Counted from the stretch's first letter, positions 23,639-35,930 are shown. The stretch is DNA of 64,000 bases from Malacoraja senta (GCA_038087875.1 CM075990.1:7504001-7568000); one strand, 5' to 3'. Made by a program: numbers and translations. The notes: generated by a model from the letters alone, not told the origin.

Positions 23639-24023
23639 AATCGGGAAGGTATGTGACAAGGAGGAGAATCTACACGGAATGGTGTTCCCATGCTTCTGCC
23701 TCCTATGTCCTTCTGGAGCTGGGTTCATGTTCAGATTAAGGAGAGTCTACTGCTGAATAGTGTGTATATTTTGTTCATCTGTTTGTTTTAAAGGCTGCAC
23801 AAATGTTTTCCCTGGTCCAGCTGCCGACATCCCTCTCGCACCCACGATGCCCCCATTTTACACTCACCCCCAACACCGTCACAAGTGAGCGATCCTTGAA
23901 ACCAGAGCTCAGCTCCACTTGTACCATGTTGCGACATGAAGCAGGAACCGCTCATGTCGCAACATGGATGCCACTCACTTGAGAAAATTAGAGGGCAAAG
24001 ATTTAGGAACTTACTGTAGTCTA

Positions 24024-24848
24024 GGGGGCGCCGTCCTGTGTGGTATGGCTGCCCAGCCTGCAGCTGTCCGTTAGTTAGTTAGTTGTTTTGTTTTTAGGAG
24101 TTCTATTTTTTTTTATGTGGGGGGTGGGGTGGGGGGAAGGGGGAAACTACTTTCTAGGGTCCCTACCTGGTCGGAGAGGCAGCTTTTCTCCGGGCTGCAC
24201 TTTCGACCCGTCCTCGCGGCCTACCAGCGGGCCTGGAGCGGCGTTTCCTGAGGGGACCGCCCAGAACCTCGGCTTCGGCAGCGGCACAGCGCTGGAGCGC
24301 TATCGCGGAGCGGAGCGGGCGATGCCTTGCCCGGGTTGCCGCGCTGGAGCTCCGGTGAGCTGGGACCGCCGGTGAACATCGCGGAGCTGCGGGACTGTGG
24401 AGCGGTCAGCTGCGGGCGGCGGCGCTGAACTTTACACCGGGAGCCTGGGATCTCGCGACGAGATCGCCAGTGGTGGAGCTCCATCCAGCGCGGCCTGTCG
24501 GCTTCGGAAGCCGCGGACTCCGGTAGGGAGACGGCCGTTCCAGGTGTCCCAAGCTGCTGAGAGGGTTCTCCCGACGCCGGAGCACCATCACCCGGCGAAG
24601 AAGGGCCTGTAACATCGGCCCCCGGAGCGGCGACTGTGGACGCCTATATAGGCCAGACTATGGGTGGACAAGGGGATATGGACTGGACTTTGTGCCCTTC
24701 CCCCACAGTGGCATCCATTGTGGGGGGATGTTTTTATGTTTTATGTTAAATTTCTTTAATGTTGTGTCTATTTGTGCTGCATGGCAAGAACAAATTTCAC
24801 TACACCATTTGGTGTATGTGACAATAAATGTCCTTTGTCCTTTGTCCT
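24024..24848 (+). mobile_element. GC-rich non-tRNA SINE-like element, copy 2
   Basis: GGCGCCG...ATGGCTGCC start, T-tract, G-tract+GGAAAC, CpG-rich body, hairpin 24699-24728, GTGACAATAAA + (TGTCCTT)n tail. Confidence 0.75.
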
Positions 24849-24987
24849 TAGTTTCTTCTTGGCAGACGTGGTCTTGACATGGTCTTCAGCCTGGCTGTCA
24901 TTCCCAGCTCTGTCCGGGTTCCCCATTTGTCCAAGACTCCATTTATAGTCTAAATATCCGGATGACCATTTTCCAGGATGATTCTAA

Positions 24988-25294
24988 AGGGCCTGTCCCA
25001 CTTTCCCGAGTTACTCACGGATTCTCCCGAGTTGTCCTCTTGATTCAAACTCGGAGAATGTCCGTAGCGAGTCTGTCGGAGGTCGTAGGAGTCCGTGGAT
25101 ATATCGTAGCGGCTCGTAATGCCAGCCGTAGGTACTCGGGCATCAGGTAAGTTGGGATGTTTTTTAGGCATGATGAAAAACGTCCACGAGTAAAAATAAT
25201 AACCCCGATTACCCACGGCTGGCATCTCCGAGTTTGAATCAAGGGGAAAACTCGGGAGAATTCATGAGTAACTCGGGAAAGTGGGACAGGCCCT
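24988..25294. mobile_element. PIF/Harbinger-type MITE
   Basis: Perfect TIR AGGGCCTGTCCCACTTTCCCGAGTTACTCA (30 bp, extends imperfectly); perfect TAA TSD at 24985-24987 and 25295-25297. Confidence 0.92.
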
Positions 25295-25426
25295 TAAATG
25301 ATCTACTTGCATCAACATGTGGAGTACGTGAATCGACTGAATCAGCACAGCATCCAAAGTACTGGTCGAAACATTATTAGCAATTGGTCAGTGGAAACAA
25401 GGGAAATTAATTCTGATCATCTGATC

Positions 25427-25557
25427 AGTGTGAAGAAGGGTCTCGACCCGAAACGTCACCCATTCCTTCGCTCCATAGATGCTGCCTCACCCGCTGAGTT
25501 TCTCCAGCATTTTTGTCTACCTTCGATTTTTCCAGCATCTGCAGTTCCTTCTTAAAT
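25427..25557 (+). mobile_element. Solo PLE terminal repeat (subtype A)
   Basis: TGAAGAAGGGTCTCGACCCGAAACGTC...GCAGTTCCTTCTT; TSD ATCTGATC. Confidence 0.85.
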
Positions 25558-25979
25558 ATCTGATCTGCACACGTATGTTTTGGCTCAGTTAACCAGGAGA
25601 TCTTGCAAACATTTTGAATGAAATGGTTGTCAAGATCACAGGTGGATTACCTGTGTACAGGTGTGAATATTGTGGAGTGTTTATCAACCTGGAATTCTGC
25701 AAATATCAATGGTTCAGTTGTACTTATTTGTCACATGTACCGAGGTTCTTTATGAATACAGTTCAATACAAGTATCACCGCACATAAGCACTTAGATGCA
25801 TCTTAAATAAGCATCTCAGATGCAGTGCAAGTGTATAATTAGTACATTGAGACAATATACAGTCACCAGATTTGGCACCATTTTCAAGTCCCAGTTGTTA
25901 TAGGTGACGAGTTAGGAATAGGTTACAATCACTCTCTTACCTCTGTCATTATCGATTGCACTTGTTTGTAAAATGACCT

Positions 25980-26805
25980 GTGAAGGCAGGCAGTAGGAGG
26001 GAGGCACTACTCCAGGATGTGTCTATCATTTCACCACTGGGATCTTATCTTGCAGAGTTCCACTGTTTCTTCCAGTCAGAGTTTCTTCCATCCTTGAGTT
26101 TAATCGATCCACTTCATCTATCTTGTCCCAAGTGTAGGAATTCCTTTGCTAATCCTATCCACTTCCAGATGGTACCCATCTCCAGACTGCTCTGGCCACG
26201 CTCTTATTTCACTCCCACCATCAGGAAAAAGGAATGGGTCTGAAAACCAATGACCACCGGCTTCTTCCCAACAACCATCAGGAACTCGAACACTTCACAA
26301 CACTAACCCAGTCTGAAGAAGGGTCTCGACCTAAACCGTCGCCCATTCCTTCTCTCCAGAGATGCTGCCTGTCCCGCTGGGTTACTCCAGCTTTTTGGTT
26401 TAAACCAGCATCTGCAGTTCCTTCCAACACTAACCAAAGGAGTCTTGGCTTGCACTGAGGACTTTTGGTTTTTCTAGGCACTTGTATTGGGGTTATTAAT
26501 TTATTGATTTTTTTCTTCATTATATGTTATCAATGTGTATTACGCTACACACCTGTTATGCTACTGCAAGTAAGAATTCCATTGTTCTTTTAACAGGACA
26601 TATGAGAATTAAACTATCTTGACATGGCCCTCTTTCTGCTATTAGAACACTCTTTTATTTAAAAACCTGCCTCTTTGACCAAACATTTGGTAATTTGACT
26701 TAATATCGGTTGGCTTTGTAGCAACTACAGTGGATCTTGTTTTACTTCGATCCGTGATGTGTTTTGAGATATTTAAACATGCTTTAAATACCACTTGTTG
26801 TAGAG
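25980..26805 (+). mobile_element. Ancient L2 LINE 3' end, interrupted by a Rex1 fragment (26205-26622) and a PLE repeat (26309-26424, TSD CAACACTAACC)
   Basis: AAAACCTGCCTCTTTGACCAAACATTTGG (LKTxLF motif) and decayed L2 tail at 26660-26800. Confidence 0.55.
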
Positions 26806-27539
26806 AACAGGATGAAATACTGCTTAGATTGCTTGGCAGTTAAAGGTTGTTCCTGGCACGATTGATACCGCATTGAAGTGTAAGAAAAGGATGATGCTGT
26901 ACTTTATGTAAAGTACTTTGCAATAATGTACTGAGCACTTTAATCTGTACTTTATGTTCGATACTGGAGGAACGATTTAATCCAGAACTCTTGCATTAAA
27001 TGTGTGGAGTTTGCACATTCTGGCTGTGGCCACATGGGTTTACTCTGTCCTAGAGTCATACAACATGGAAACAGGCCCTTTGGCCCAACTTGCCCACGCC
27101 GACCAACATGGCCCATCTACAATCGCCCACTAGTCCTACACTACAGATAGACACAAAATGGTGGGGTCTCAGAGGGTCTGGCAGCATCTCTGGAGACTCC
27201 ACCACATCCCGAAGACACGCGGGTTGGGAGTGTCGTTGGCCTCTGCTACGTGTGTGCAGCTGGGTGGTGGGATCTGAGGGGGATTTGATAGGAATGCGGG
27301 AATAAGGAAATGCGATCACAGCATCAGTAGGCTGAAGGGCGCGTTTCCAAGATGTGAGATTCTGTTTATCTCCTACCTTCATGTTCCGTTGGTGGGACAG
27401 GCAAAACATGCAGCAAAAGTATAACATCAAAACCTTATGTGTGAACAGAAAGTCACACGCTTGCAGAGTTCACTGCTAGTTTCGAATATTATCATGAGAT
27501 TCCCTGTATTTCCACAGCACTTAAGAATCACAGGATGTT

Positions 27540-27784
27540 TTGGGCGATGTGGTAGAGTTGCTGCCTCACAGCGCCAAAGACCCGGTTCGGATACTGTCTT
27601 GGGTTCTGTCTGTACGGAGCTTGTACATTCTCGCCGTGACCTCGTGGGATATCTCCGGGCGCTCCGGTTTCCTCCCACACTCCAACGACGGGCAGGATTG
27701 TGGGTTAACTGGCTTCAGTAAAAAATTACCCTAGTGTGTAGGATACTGTTAGTGTGTAGGGGTCGCAGGTCAGCACAGGTTTGG
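27540..27784 (+). mobile_element. HE1-like SINE
   Basis: Head and V-domain. Confidence 0.85.
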
Positions 27785-28802
27785 GTTCAAGTTCAAGTTC
27801 ACATTTATTGTCATAGTGATATTTGAGTTACCATGCAGCTATACAAGTAAAAAGGAACGCAATACACAATAAATTTAACATAAGTCAAGTCAAGAGAGTT
27901 CATTGTCCTGTGTCCCAGATAGGACAATGAAATTCTTGCATTGCTGCAGCACAGAGTATTGTAAGTAAAAATACAGAAGTTCAGTTCAATATACACATAA
28001 ATAAGCAGATAAAGTGCAATTGGCGGTTACAGTTCAGAGTCTGTTTGTTGGCAAGTTTAATAGCCTGATGGCTGTGGGGAAGGAGCTGTTCCTGAACCTG
28101 GATGTAACAGATTTCAGGCCCCTGTACCTTCTGCCCGATGGTAGCGGAGAGATGAATGCATGTCCAGGATGGTGTGGATCCTTGATGAACATCCACCACA
28201 GTGGAATCAACATTCCTCACTGTGATGGAAGGCAATAAAGTTCAGTCATCTTCCTCCTTTGTTTGTTCACCCGTGGCGGTCGGGGCCTTGAACCCTCAGC
28301 ACTGCCTCTGCCGACGGTCCGTTGTTCAAGCCCTCTCGTCGGGATGATGGAAACTCCGGCATCGGGATGGATCGGAAACACTCCGCCGCACGGAGCTCCC
28401 GAGTCGGCCTCTTCTTACCGGAGACCACGGCTTCACGGTGTTAAAGTCCGCAGGCCCAGTCGGAGCACTTCCACAGCGATCTTCGGCAAAGGATCGCCCG
28501 CTGCGCGATGTTAAGTCCGCGCCACGCTTGCGGCTTGAAGCTCCGGGCCGGTCTCAAGGAAAAGCTGTACCAATCCAAGTTGCTAGGCCGCAGGGGGGGA
28601 CGGAGAAAGATCACATCTCCTTCGGGGTAAGTGACTGAAAAAGGTTTCCCCCTATTCCCCCCCCCCCCCCCACCCCAACCCACCATGTAAAACATACCGA
28701 GAAACATTAAAATATACATTTTAACCACACTAAAAATAAAAAATAAATTTTAAATGACACACAGACGGCTGGCGAGGCTGCCACCGCGGCGCCACCCGGT
28801 GG
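27785..28802 (-). mobile_element. GC-rich non-tRNA SINE-like element, copy 3, split by a Rex1 insertion
   Basis: Body 28187-28802 and tail 27785-27882 rejoin as TTTAACATA|AACATCCACCACAGTG, matching copy 1; hairpin 28192-28229. Confidence 0.75.
27883..28186 (-). mobile_element. Rex1/Babar-type LINE 3' fragment
   Basis: Minus strand PHHPGHAFISPLPSGRRYRGLKSVTSRFRNSSFPTAIRLLN. Confidence 0.85.
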
Positions 28803-28819
28803 TCCAAAGGGCCTATGTC

Positions 28820-29945
28820 TAAACTAAACTAAGGACAAAGAGAGGTTGCAAAGGTTAAGGTGGTGGACAACAAGATGGAGGGCAATGGGTGGATATGATT
28901 GAGTAGAGGATTGTTGTTTATTAGTAATGAGATTGTGCATGTTGGTGCACAACAGGATCTTGGTGCGACTCCAGGAGCTGTAGGAAGTATGCATGGAGCT
29001 ACAACAAGCGTTTCCAAAGACAAATAATATGCTGGCTTTTGTTGCAGAATTTTGAGGTGAGAGCCTTTCTGCAACTGAATGGCGTTTTGGAGAGTTCATG
29101 CTTGGCATAATGTGTAGGAATGAACTCCAGATGCTGGTCTGTCTTGGAGAAATGTGGTCTGACTTGGTCCGTGTACTGAGAGGAGGATATACTTGCCTTG
29201 AAGAAGGTGCTTCAGGATTGTTGTATGAGGAGACAATGGTCCGTACTCACTGACGTTTACAACGATGGTAGTTCATTTCATTAAGACGTACGTGAATCTG
29301 AAAGGGATTGACAAGATGCATTCTGGAAAATCTAGATCCAAATCGAGGTGGGGTAGGGTGGTTGCCTTAAAATAAGGGTTTGGTAATTTTGGAATGAGAT
29401 GAGAAGACATTTCTTTACTCTACGAGTAAAGGCGCCTCTACTCAGCATCCTCCAGGGCGGTCACGGTGGCGCAGCGGTAGAGTTGCTGCCTTACAGCGAA
29501 TGCAGCGCCGGAGACCCGGGTTCGATCCCGACTACGGGTGCTGTCTGTATGGAGTTTGTACGTTCTCCCCGTGACCTGCATGGGTTTTCTCCGAGATCTT
29601 CGGTTTCCTCCCACACTCCAAAGACATACAGGTTTGTAGGTTAATTGGCTTGGTAAAAAAACATTGTCCCTAGTGGGTTTAGGATAGTGTTAATGTGCGG
29701 GGATCGCTGGTCGGCGCGGACCCGGTGGGCCGAAGGGCCTGTTTCCGCGCTGTATCTCTAAACTAAACTAAACTGAACTAACTGTCTTTATATCTTTGGA
29801 TATCCCAGCTACCGAAAGCTGTGGGCTCTTAGTTTGCCAAGATTAGTCGGCTTGTACAAACTGAAGGAATTGGGCAGGAAAATGGATGGGGAATGATGTC
29901 AGTCATGGTCTTATGGACTCAAGAGATGAGGCTCAATGGCCTCAG
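28820..29945 (+). mobile_element. Old CR1 3' region, interrupted
   Basis: Decayed QRDLG..., MLAF..., MRRHFFTLRV motifs and tail. Confidence 0.6.
29455..29782 (+). mobile_element. Full-length young HE1-like V-SINE (best copy in window)
   Basis: A box GTGGCGCAGCGG, B box GGTTCGATCC, V-domain, CR1-derived tail GGGCCGAAGGGCCTGTTTCC, (AAACT)n. Confidence 0.95.
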
Positions 29946-29989
29946 GCAAATAGCTCCCCCAATTTCCATTCCTGATGACGTGATGTCAC

Positions 29990-30295
29990 AGTTAAAATGT
30001 GGCTGCCAATTCTTAAACAGCAAGATCCAGAAATGTCACCTGATAAGGATCGGCTAATCTGTTTCCGAGGGATAAATCTAGGCTCCAAACCACGAGGGCG
30101 AACTTCCGCCTGATGTTGAGACAGTGTCACCTGATATCCACGTAGGATGGCAGCGAGATTAGGATCTCATCCGAAAGATACAACTCCAGCAGACCAGCTG
30201 TTCGTTCCTTCAGAGCACCACTGAATGTCAGCATGGCTTATGAACGCGTTTCTGAAGCAGGGCTTGAAGCCAAAACCTAACATGAGAAAGGATCT
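29990..30295 (-). mobile_element. Ancient DeuSINE (SacSINE1/AmnSINE1-like) relic
   Basis: Collinear with the Deu-domain as I recall it: GGCTGCCAATT..CAGCAAGATCC, TAATCTGTTT..GAGGGATAAAT, TCTCATCCGAAAGA, GGGCTTGAAGCC (B box). Confidence 0.7.
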
Positions 30296-30492
30296 TGGTT
30301 ACGGGCCCTTTGCGGGTGACCTTTGGAGGATGAAGGACACCTTGTAGATTTCAATTCATACAATAATGGTCAATGGCTAATGGTTCTATATTGCCACAGG
30401 TACATACGAACAGAGATTTTTTTTTTTGCGTAAAGTATTGCCATAACTAAGCACAAACCACTGATTAGTACAGAGTGTATAGACACACTCTG

Positions 30493-30797
30493 GGGCGGCA
30501 TGGTGGCACAGAGGTAGAGGTGCTGCCTCACAGCGCCAGAGTCCCAAGCTTGATCTCGACCACGGGTGCTGTGAGTGCAGAGTTTGTACGTTCTCCCCGT
30601 GACCACGTGGGTTTTCTCCGGGTGCTTCGGTTTCCCCCCACATTCCAAAGACGTGCAGGTTTTGGACGTTAATTGGCTTCTGTAAATTGTCCCCAGTGTG
30701 TGGGACAGAACTGGTGCACGAGTGATTATCAGTCGGCGTGGACTCAGTGGGCTGACGGGCCTGTTTCTGCTCTGTATCTTTAAAGCTAAAACTGAAA
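30493..30797 (+). mobile_element. HE1-like SINE
   Basis: Head, V-domain, tail. Confidence 0.9.
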
Positions 30798-32119
30798 CAG
30801 CCCACTGTGTCCAGTCCAGACCGCATGCAAGTCGCCGGGTATTGGCGCCATTTTCACAGTCCAGTCCGGTCCACGTACTTGGTCTTCTGGAGTGGCCCCC
30901 GATCCAAGCGAGCCCCAGGCTGCCGCAGGGCCTCCAGCCGTTGCCTCTGCCTGGGTCATCCAGCGAACCATCGTCCCTCTCCTGGCCCGGCCACCTTCAG
31001 CCTTTGTGCCCCAGAGGTACCACATGCAGCCGACCTTGACGGCGTGGGAGGTAAGACCCTAATTCTCACTCTTACAAGTCCTTGTTCTCGTGTCCACTGA
31101 GGCTGGACCCGTCTATCTTTCTCTCTGGTTCTCCGGTGCTCGGGGGATGAGCAGGGACCAGCTCGATGGCTCCCTCTACAGGACACGGCCCTCTGGTCCC
31201 CACGGCCAGCTGAGCGGCCCTCATGATCTAAACCAAGCGTGCAAAGGTTAGACACTTCAGTAATAATCTGTACATCCAGGCTAGTAGTACACAAAAGCAC
31301 GTGTGTCCACCCCACCCGACAACTTATTTGGGTCAGTTCCATTTTCTCCTCCAGAGAGAAACCACACAAGTCCACAACTCGTGGACCTTATATCAACTGA
31401 ACACAGAAGAGACTGTGTTGGCCTCTGATGGTGGACACATTATTAATGGGGCATCGTTCATCAGCACCGCTATCCTAGCACTAGTCACCATGGCTGGAAG
31501 GCCTCCGACTCAAGAGTGCTCAGAAATATCAACAGGCCATGACTTCATCTCCGCCATGGCAGTCCAGACCCACCGGTGACCTGCCCTCCATTTCCATTTA
31601 CCACGGCATAGCCTTGACTGCAGCTGAGGAGAGAGAGAGATATTGTAGCTACCTTCTGATGATTAGTAAATTTGCCAATCCCTCTCAACCCCATTTCTCC
31701 ACTTTAAAGACGTGTTTAGAAAGGGATTAAGATGGTAGAATAGGTCGCCAGTATTTTACATTAACAAGGCAACTCCCACTTCAGATACCGTGTGACAGGC
31801 ATGACCTTGGTGACAAGGGGACTGTGATAAATGGATGGGGGAGGAGATGGCAGCCAGCACATGGTATCACAGGCTGGTGATTGCGAATGTGGCTTGCAAC
31901 TGAATCACAGTTAAAGGAAGCATGGACATTGCACGCCATCTGGTTCCAACTGTGGGAGCATCTGCCGCCAGGTTCAAGTGCAAAGTATACAGAGTCAAGC
32001 AAGATGGCCATTGTGGTTAATATTCCAAGGATGTGTGTGCCTCAATTCATCCTCACTACTAGAGTATACTCAATAATATTCACTGTCGCGTGCCACAACC
32101 AACTTAGTTTTGTTTTGAG

Positions 32120-32279
32120 ATGCGACGTAGAAATAGGCTCCTTCGGCCCACAAAGTCCATGCGACGTGGAAATAGGCTCCTTCGGCCCACAAAGTCCATG
32201 CGACGTGGAAATAGGCTCCTTCGGCCCACAAAGTCCATGCGACGTGGAAATAGGCTCCTTCGGCCCACAAAGTCCATGC
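32120..32279. repeat. 39-bp minisatellite x4, derived from the HE1/CR1 3' tail
   Basis: ATGCGACGTGGAAATAGGCTCCTTCGGCCCACAAAGTCC; 3 identical units, first unit has 1 mismatch. Confidence 0.95.
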
Positions 32280-32294
32280 CGACCATCGATTAAA

Positions 32295-32524
32295 TGTGGA
32301 GGAAAGAACTGCCGATGCTGGTTTGAACCGAAGGTAGACACAAAATGCTGGAGTAACTCAGCGGGACGGGCAGCATCTCTGGAGAGAAGGAATGGGTGAC
32401 ATTTCAGGTCGAGACCCTTCTTCAGACTGCAGAAGGGTCTCGACCCAAAACATCCACCCATTCCTCCCCTCCAGAGATGCCTCCTGTCCTGCTGAGTTAC
32501 TCCAGCATTTTGTGTCTATCTCCG
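32295..32524. mobile_element. Fold-back PLE repeat dimer inserted in an HE1-like SINE (SINE continues 32520-32722, minus)
   Basis: Inverted arms; CCGACCATCGATTA occurs on both sides. Confidence 0.8.
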
Positions 32525-33374
32525 ACCATCGATTACCATCCTACACTCTTGGGACAATTTACAGGAGCCAATTAACCTCCATACCCGCACGTCTTTGGAA
32601 TGTGGGAGGAAACCGGAGCAAATCCAAGGGAGAACGTGCAAACTCCGTACAGACAGCACCCATAGTCGGGATCGAACTTGGGTTTGTATGGCAGCAACTC
32701 TACCGCGGCACCACCGTGCCACCCAAATCTCACCCCTTTTCTCCTCCCTGTGATAACCGTTAACTTTTTGTCCTCATCCCTTTGCACTAATTGCTTTCCA
32801 TGAACCATCTCCACATCTACTACCGCTCTCTCCCCTCCCTGGCCCTGCTCCTCCCACCCATCCCCCTTCTCCTTGCCAGCCTTCATTGATCATCCTGCCT
32901 CCCATACATTCCCCACTCGCATTCTCCTTCCAGTTCTCTCCGGCCTCAATGCACTATCCCTCTTCCCCTTCCTCATCGTCCCATGCATGGTGAGCAAGAC
33001 GTCGGGAGCAGAGTTGACCGTGCATTACCTCAGGCATGCTCCTTCAGTCATTGGATCATTATGGAAATGGGCAGACAATGTTTTGGGCCAAGACCCTTCT
33101 TTAGACATGTTTGGCTTGCTGGGTTCCTTCAGCAGTATTTCACTGCACAGGATTCCAACATCTACAGTCTCTTGTGCCTTAAACTAGATCATGGCTGATT
33201 TAATCGTTGGGCAATTCTAACAATGCTTTCCTGAGACAGTGTGTAGTCTCGGGACAGCCATTGTTGGGAAGGCTGGTTTGCGTGATGGACTGGGCTGCAT
33301 TCACAGCTCTCTGCGATTTCTTGTGGTCTTCCAGTTGCCACACCAAGCTATGATACATCCGGTCAGGAGGCTCA

Positions 33375-33733
33375 TTGTAACTCATTCTCACCCAGGCCAC
33401 AGCTAACAAGGGCCTGTTTACTTCATCATCGTTACCTTTTTTGCATATCTTTCATTCATTTGTTCTACATCTCTCTACATCACCGTCTATATCTCTCGTT
33501 TCTCTTTCCCCTGACTCTCAGTCTGAAGAAGGGTCTCAACCCAAAACGTCACCTATTCATTCTCTCCAGAGAGAGTTAGATTTAGCTCTTATGGCTAAGG
33601 GAATCAAGGGATATGGGGGAAAAGCAGGAACGGGGTACTGATTATGGATGATCAGCCATGATCATATTGAATGGCGGTGCTGGATTGAAGTACCTACTCC
33701 TACACCTATTTTCTATGTTCCTATGTTTCTATG
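33375..33733 (+). mobile_element. PLE 3'UTR + terminal repeat joined to a CR1 3' end
   Basis: PLE UTR homologous to 44100-44260; switches to CR1 at AGAGA (~33568). Confidence 0.7.
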
Positions 33734-35074
33734 ATGCTTTCTTTAGCCCTGTGCGGCGGACATTTCTCAAGATTCACAACTGACCAAGAGATGAACTTAT
33801 TCCTCATTTGAGTTTTAGGTGGCTGACCCATAATTCAATGAGCTCGACTATTTTTCAAACATCTCAGAATCTTGCCTGTCTTGGAGAGATTACCTCCTGT
33901 GTTCCCATGCCAGACAATGCCATGCCAGGAATCAATGTGGTGAACTCTCTCTGTATTGCCTCCTGGTCCAGTGTACATTCATCGAACAAGCAAAGGGAAA
34001 TCATACACTATTCCCTGTGTAGGAAGGAAGTGCAGATGCTGGTTTGCTGGAGTAACTCAGCGGGTCAGGCAGCATCTCTGGAGAAAAGGAATAGGTGACA
34101 TTTTGGGCGCATTCCGGTTCTCCAGAGATGCTGCCTGACCCGCTGAGTTACTCCAGCATTTTGTATCTATATTCATTCTCACAGTGCCCTGTACAATGGT
34201 GGTAAGGCCTTTTTAGTCTTGCAATAACGGACACTATTCCATTTGTCTTGCAATTACATGCTCTACTTGCAACCTAACCTGCGATGTCTTTTGTACAAAA
34301 ACATCCAGATGTTTTCATGTGTGTATATATTTATATTATGGTATATGGACACACTGCTCTGTTCTGTATTCATGCCGTCTACATTCTGTGTGCTGAAGCA
34401 AAGCAAGAATTTCATTGTCCTATCTGGGACACATGACAATAAACTCACTTGAATCTTGAATCTTGAGATGAGAACACTAATATTTGATATTTTCTCTGAT
34501 AATATTCTGATTTCTGCTCTTCCGACCAAAATGGAAAACCTCTCACGTTCCTGCATTATACACTATCTGCGATCTTTGACTACGTAGATCACCCATTCTA
34601 TTAGCTCCCTTTGGCCTTCCCCTTCCCCTGTCCTTTGCCAGTCATGCAACACCACTCCCTCTCCCTCCCCTCGCAAGGTACTGTCCTGACAGGGAGATTG
34701 CAGATGTTATTTTGAGAGGGGAGGCTTGGTGGGCAAATCAATGGATGTATGGATTTCAACCAGAAGCAGAAGGACTGAGAGTCATCAGTCATGATACATT
34801 GTACACCCCAGAGATACTGAAAATCATCAATTAATTTACAAATACCTTCCTGTGGGAGAGGGATTGAGAGATGATTGTCAGCGTACAGATATCAGTGCGA
34901 TGGAGTGAGACCCAGTACGTGTAGATGACTTCTCTTTGGAAAGAATGGTGGAGAGATTTCCCCCTTGGAGAGAAGAATTAGTCCAGAGTTTAATTGTCCA
35001 ACGTACCAACAACAGAACAAGGTAACTCTTGCTTGCAGCAACATACTGTAACAGGCCCATAAACACAGATAAGT

Positions 35075-35524
<450 letters not shown>

Positions 35525-35930
35525 ATGATAATATACAATAATTTTTAAACACTCAATACATTAGCAGCTTGTACACAAACCAGCCTTTACTGCAACCAGA
35601 TATAGTCCATAGAAGTCCATAGTTGCTGATATTAGCTTGTGTAGTGTTCAAGAACCAAAATGGAAAACCTCTCACGTTTCAGTCTTATACACCATCTGCA
35701 ATCATTTAACTACTCAGGTTGCTGGGAAGAAGCTGTTCTTGAACCTGATGGTCAAAGTTTTCGGGTCCCTGTACCTTCCTCCCAATGGCAGGAGCAAAAT
35801 GAGGGCATGGGCAAGGTGGTGTGGGCCTTTGAAGATATTGGCTGCTTTTTTGAGGCAGCGCCTCTTATAGATCCCTTCGATGGTGGGGAGGTGAGCACCT
35901 GTGATGGATTGGGCATCGTAGATCATATGG
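35525..35930 (-). mobile_element. Rex1/Babar-type LINE 3' fragment
   Basis: ORF 35714-35944 AQSITGAHLPTIEGIYKRRCLKKAANIFKGPHHLAH...LPLGGRYR...RFKNSFFP. Confidence 0.88.

Noticed and set aside
23922..23969. p53/p63 response elements (CATG cores 10 bp apart)
   Set aside because: Flanking RRR/YYY positions match poorly
28760..28802. HDV-like ribozyme at the 5' end of the GC-rich element (CCTCGC motif)
   Set aside because: Could not build P1/P1.1/P2 pairings, and the motif is not kept in the other two copies
29455..29545. tRNA gene (A/B boxes, cloverleaf-like)
   Set aside because: Continues directly into the V-domain and LINE-derived tail, so it is a SINE head; the same holds for all similar copies
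31440..31800. Possible ancient RTE-clade LINE remnant
   Set aside because: Only faint motif resemblance; too degraded to support without an HMM search
31881..32461. 172-aa and 139-aa ORFs with repeated CDVEIGSFGPQSP; CRISPR-like look of the 39-bp repeat
   Set aside because: In-frame minisatellite from a SINE tail plus PLE repeat; no spacers; eukaryotic context
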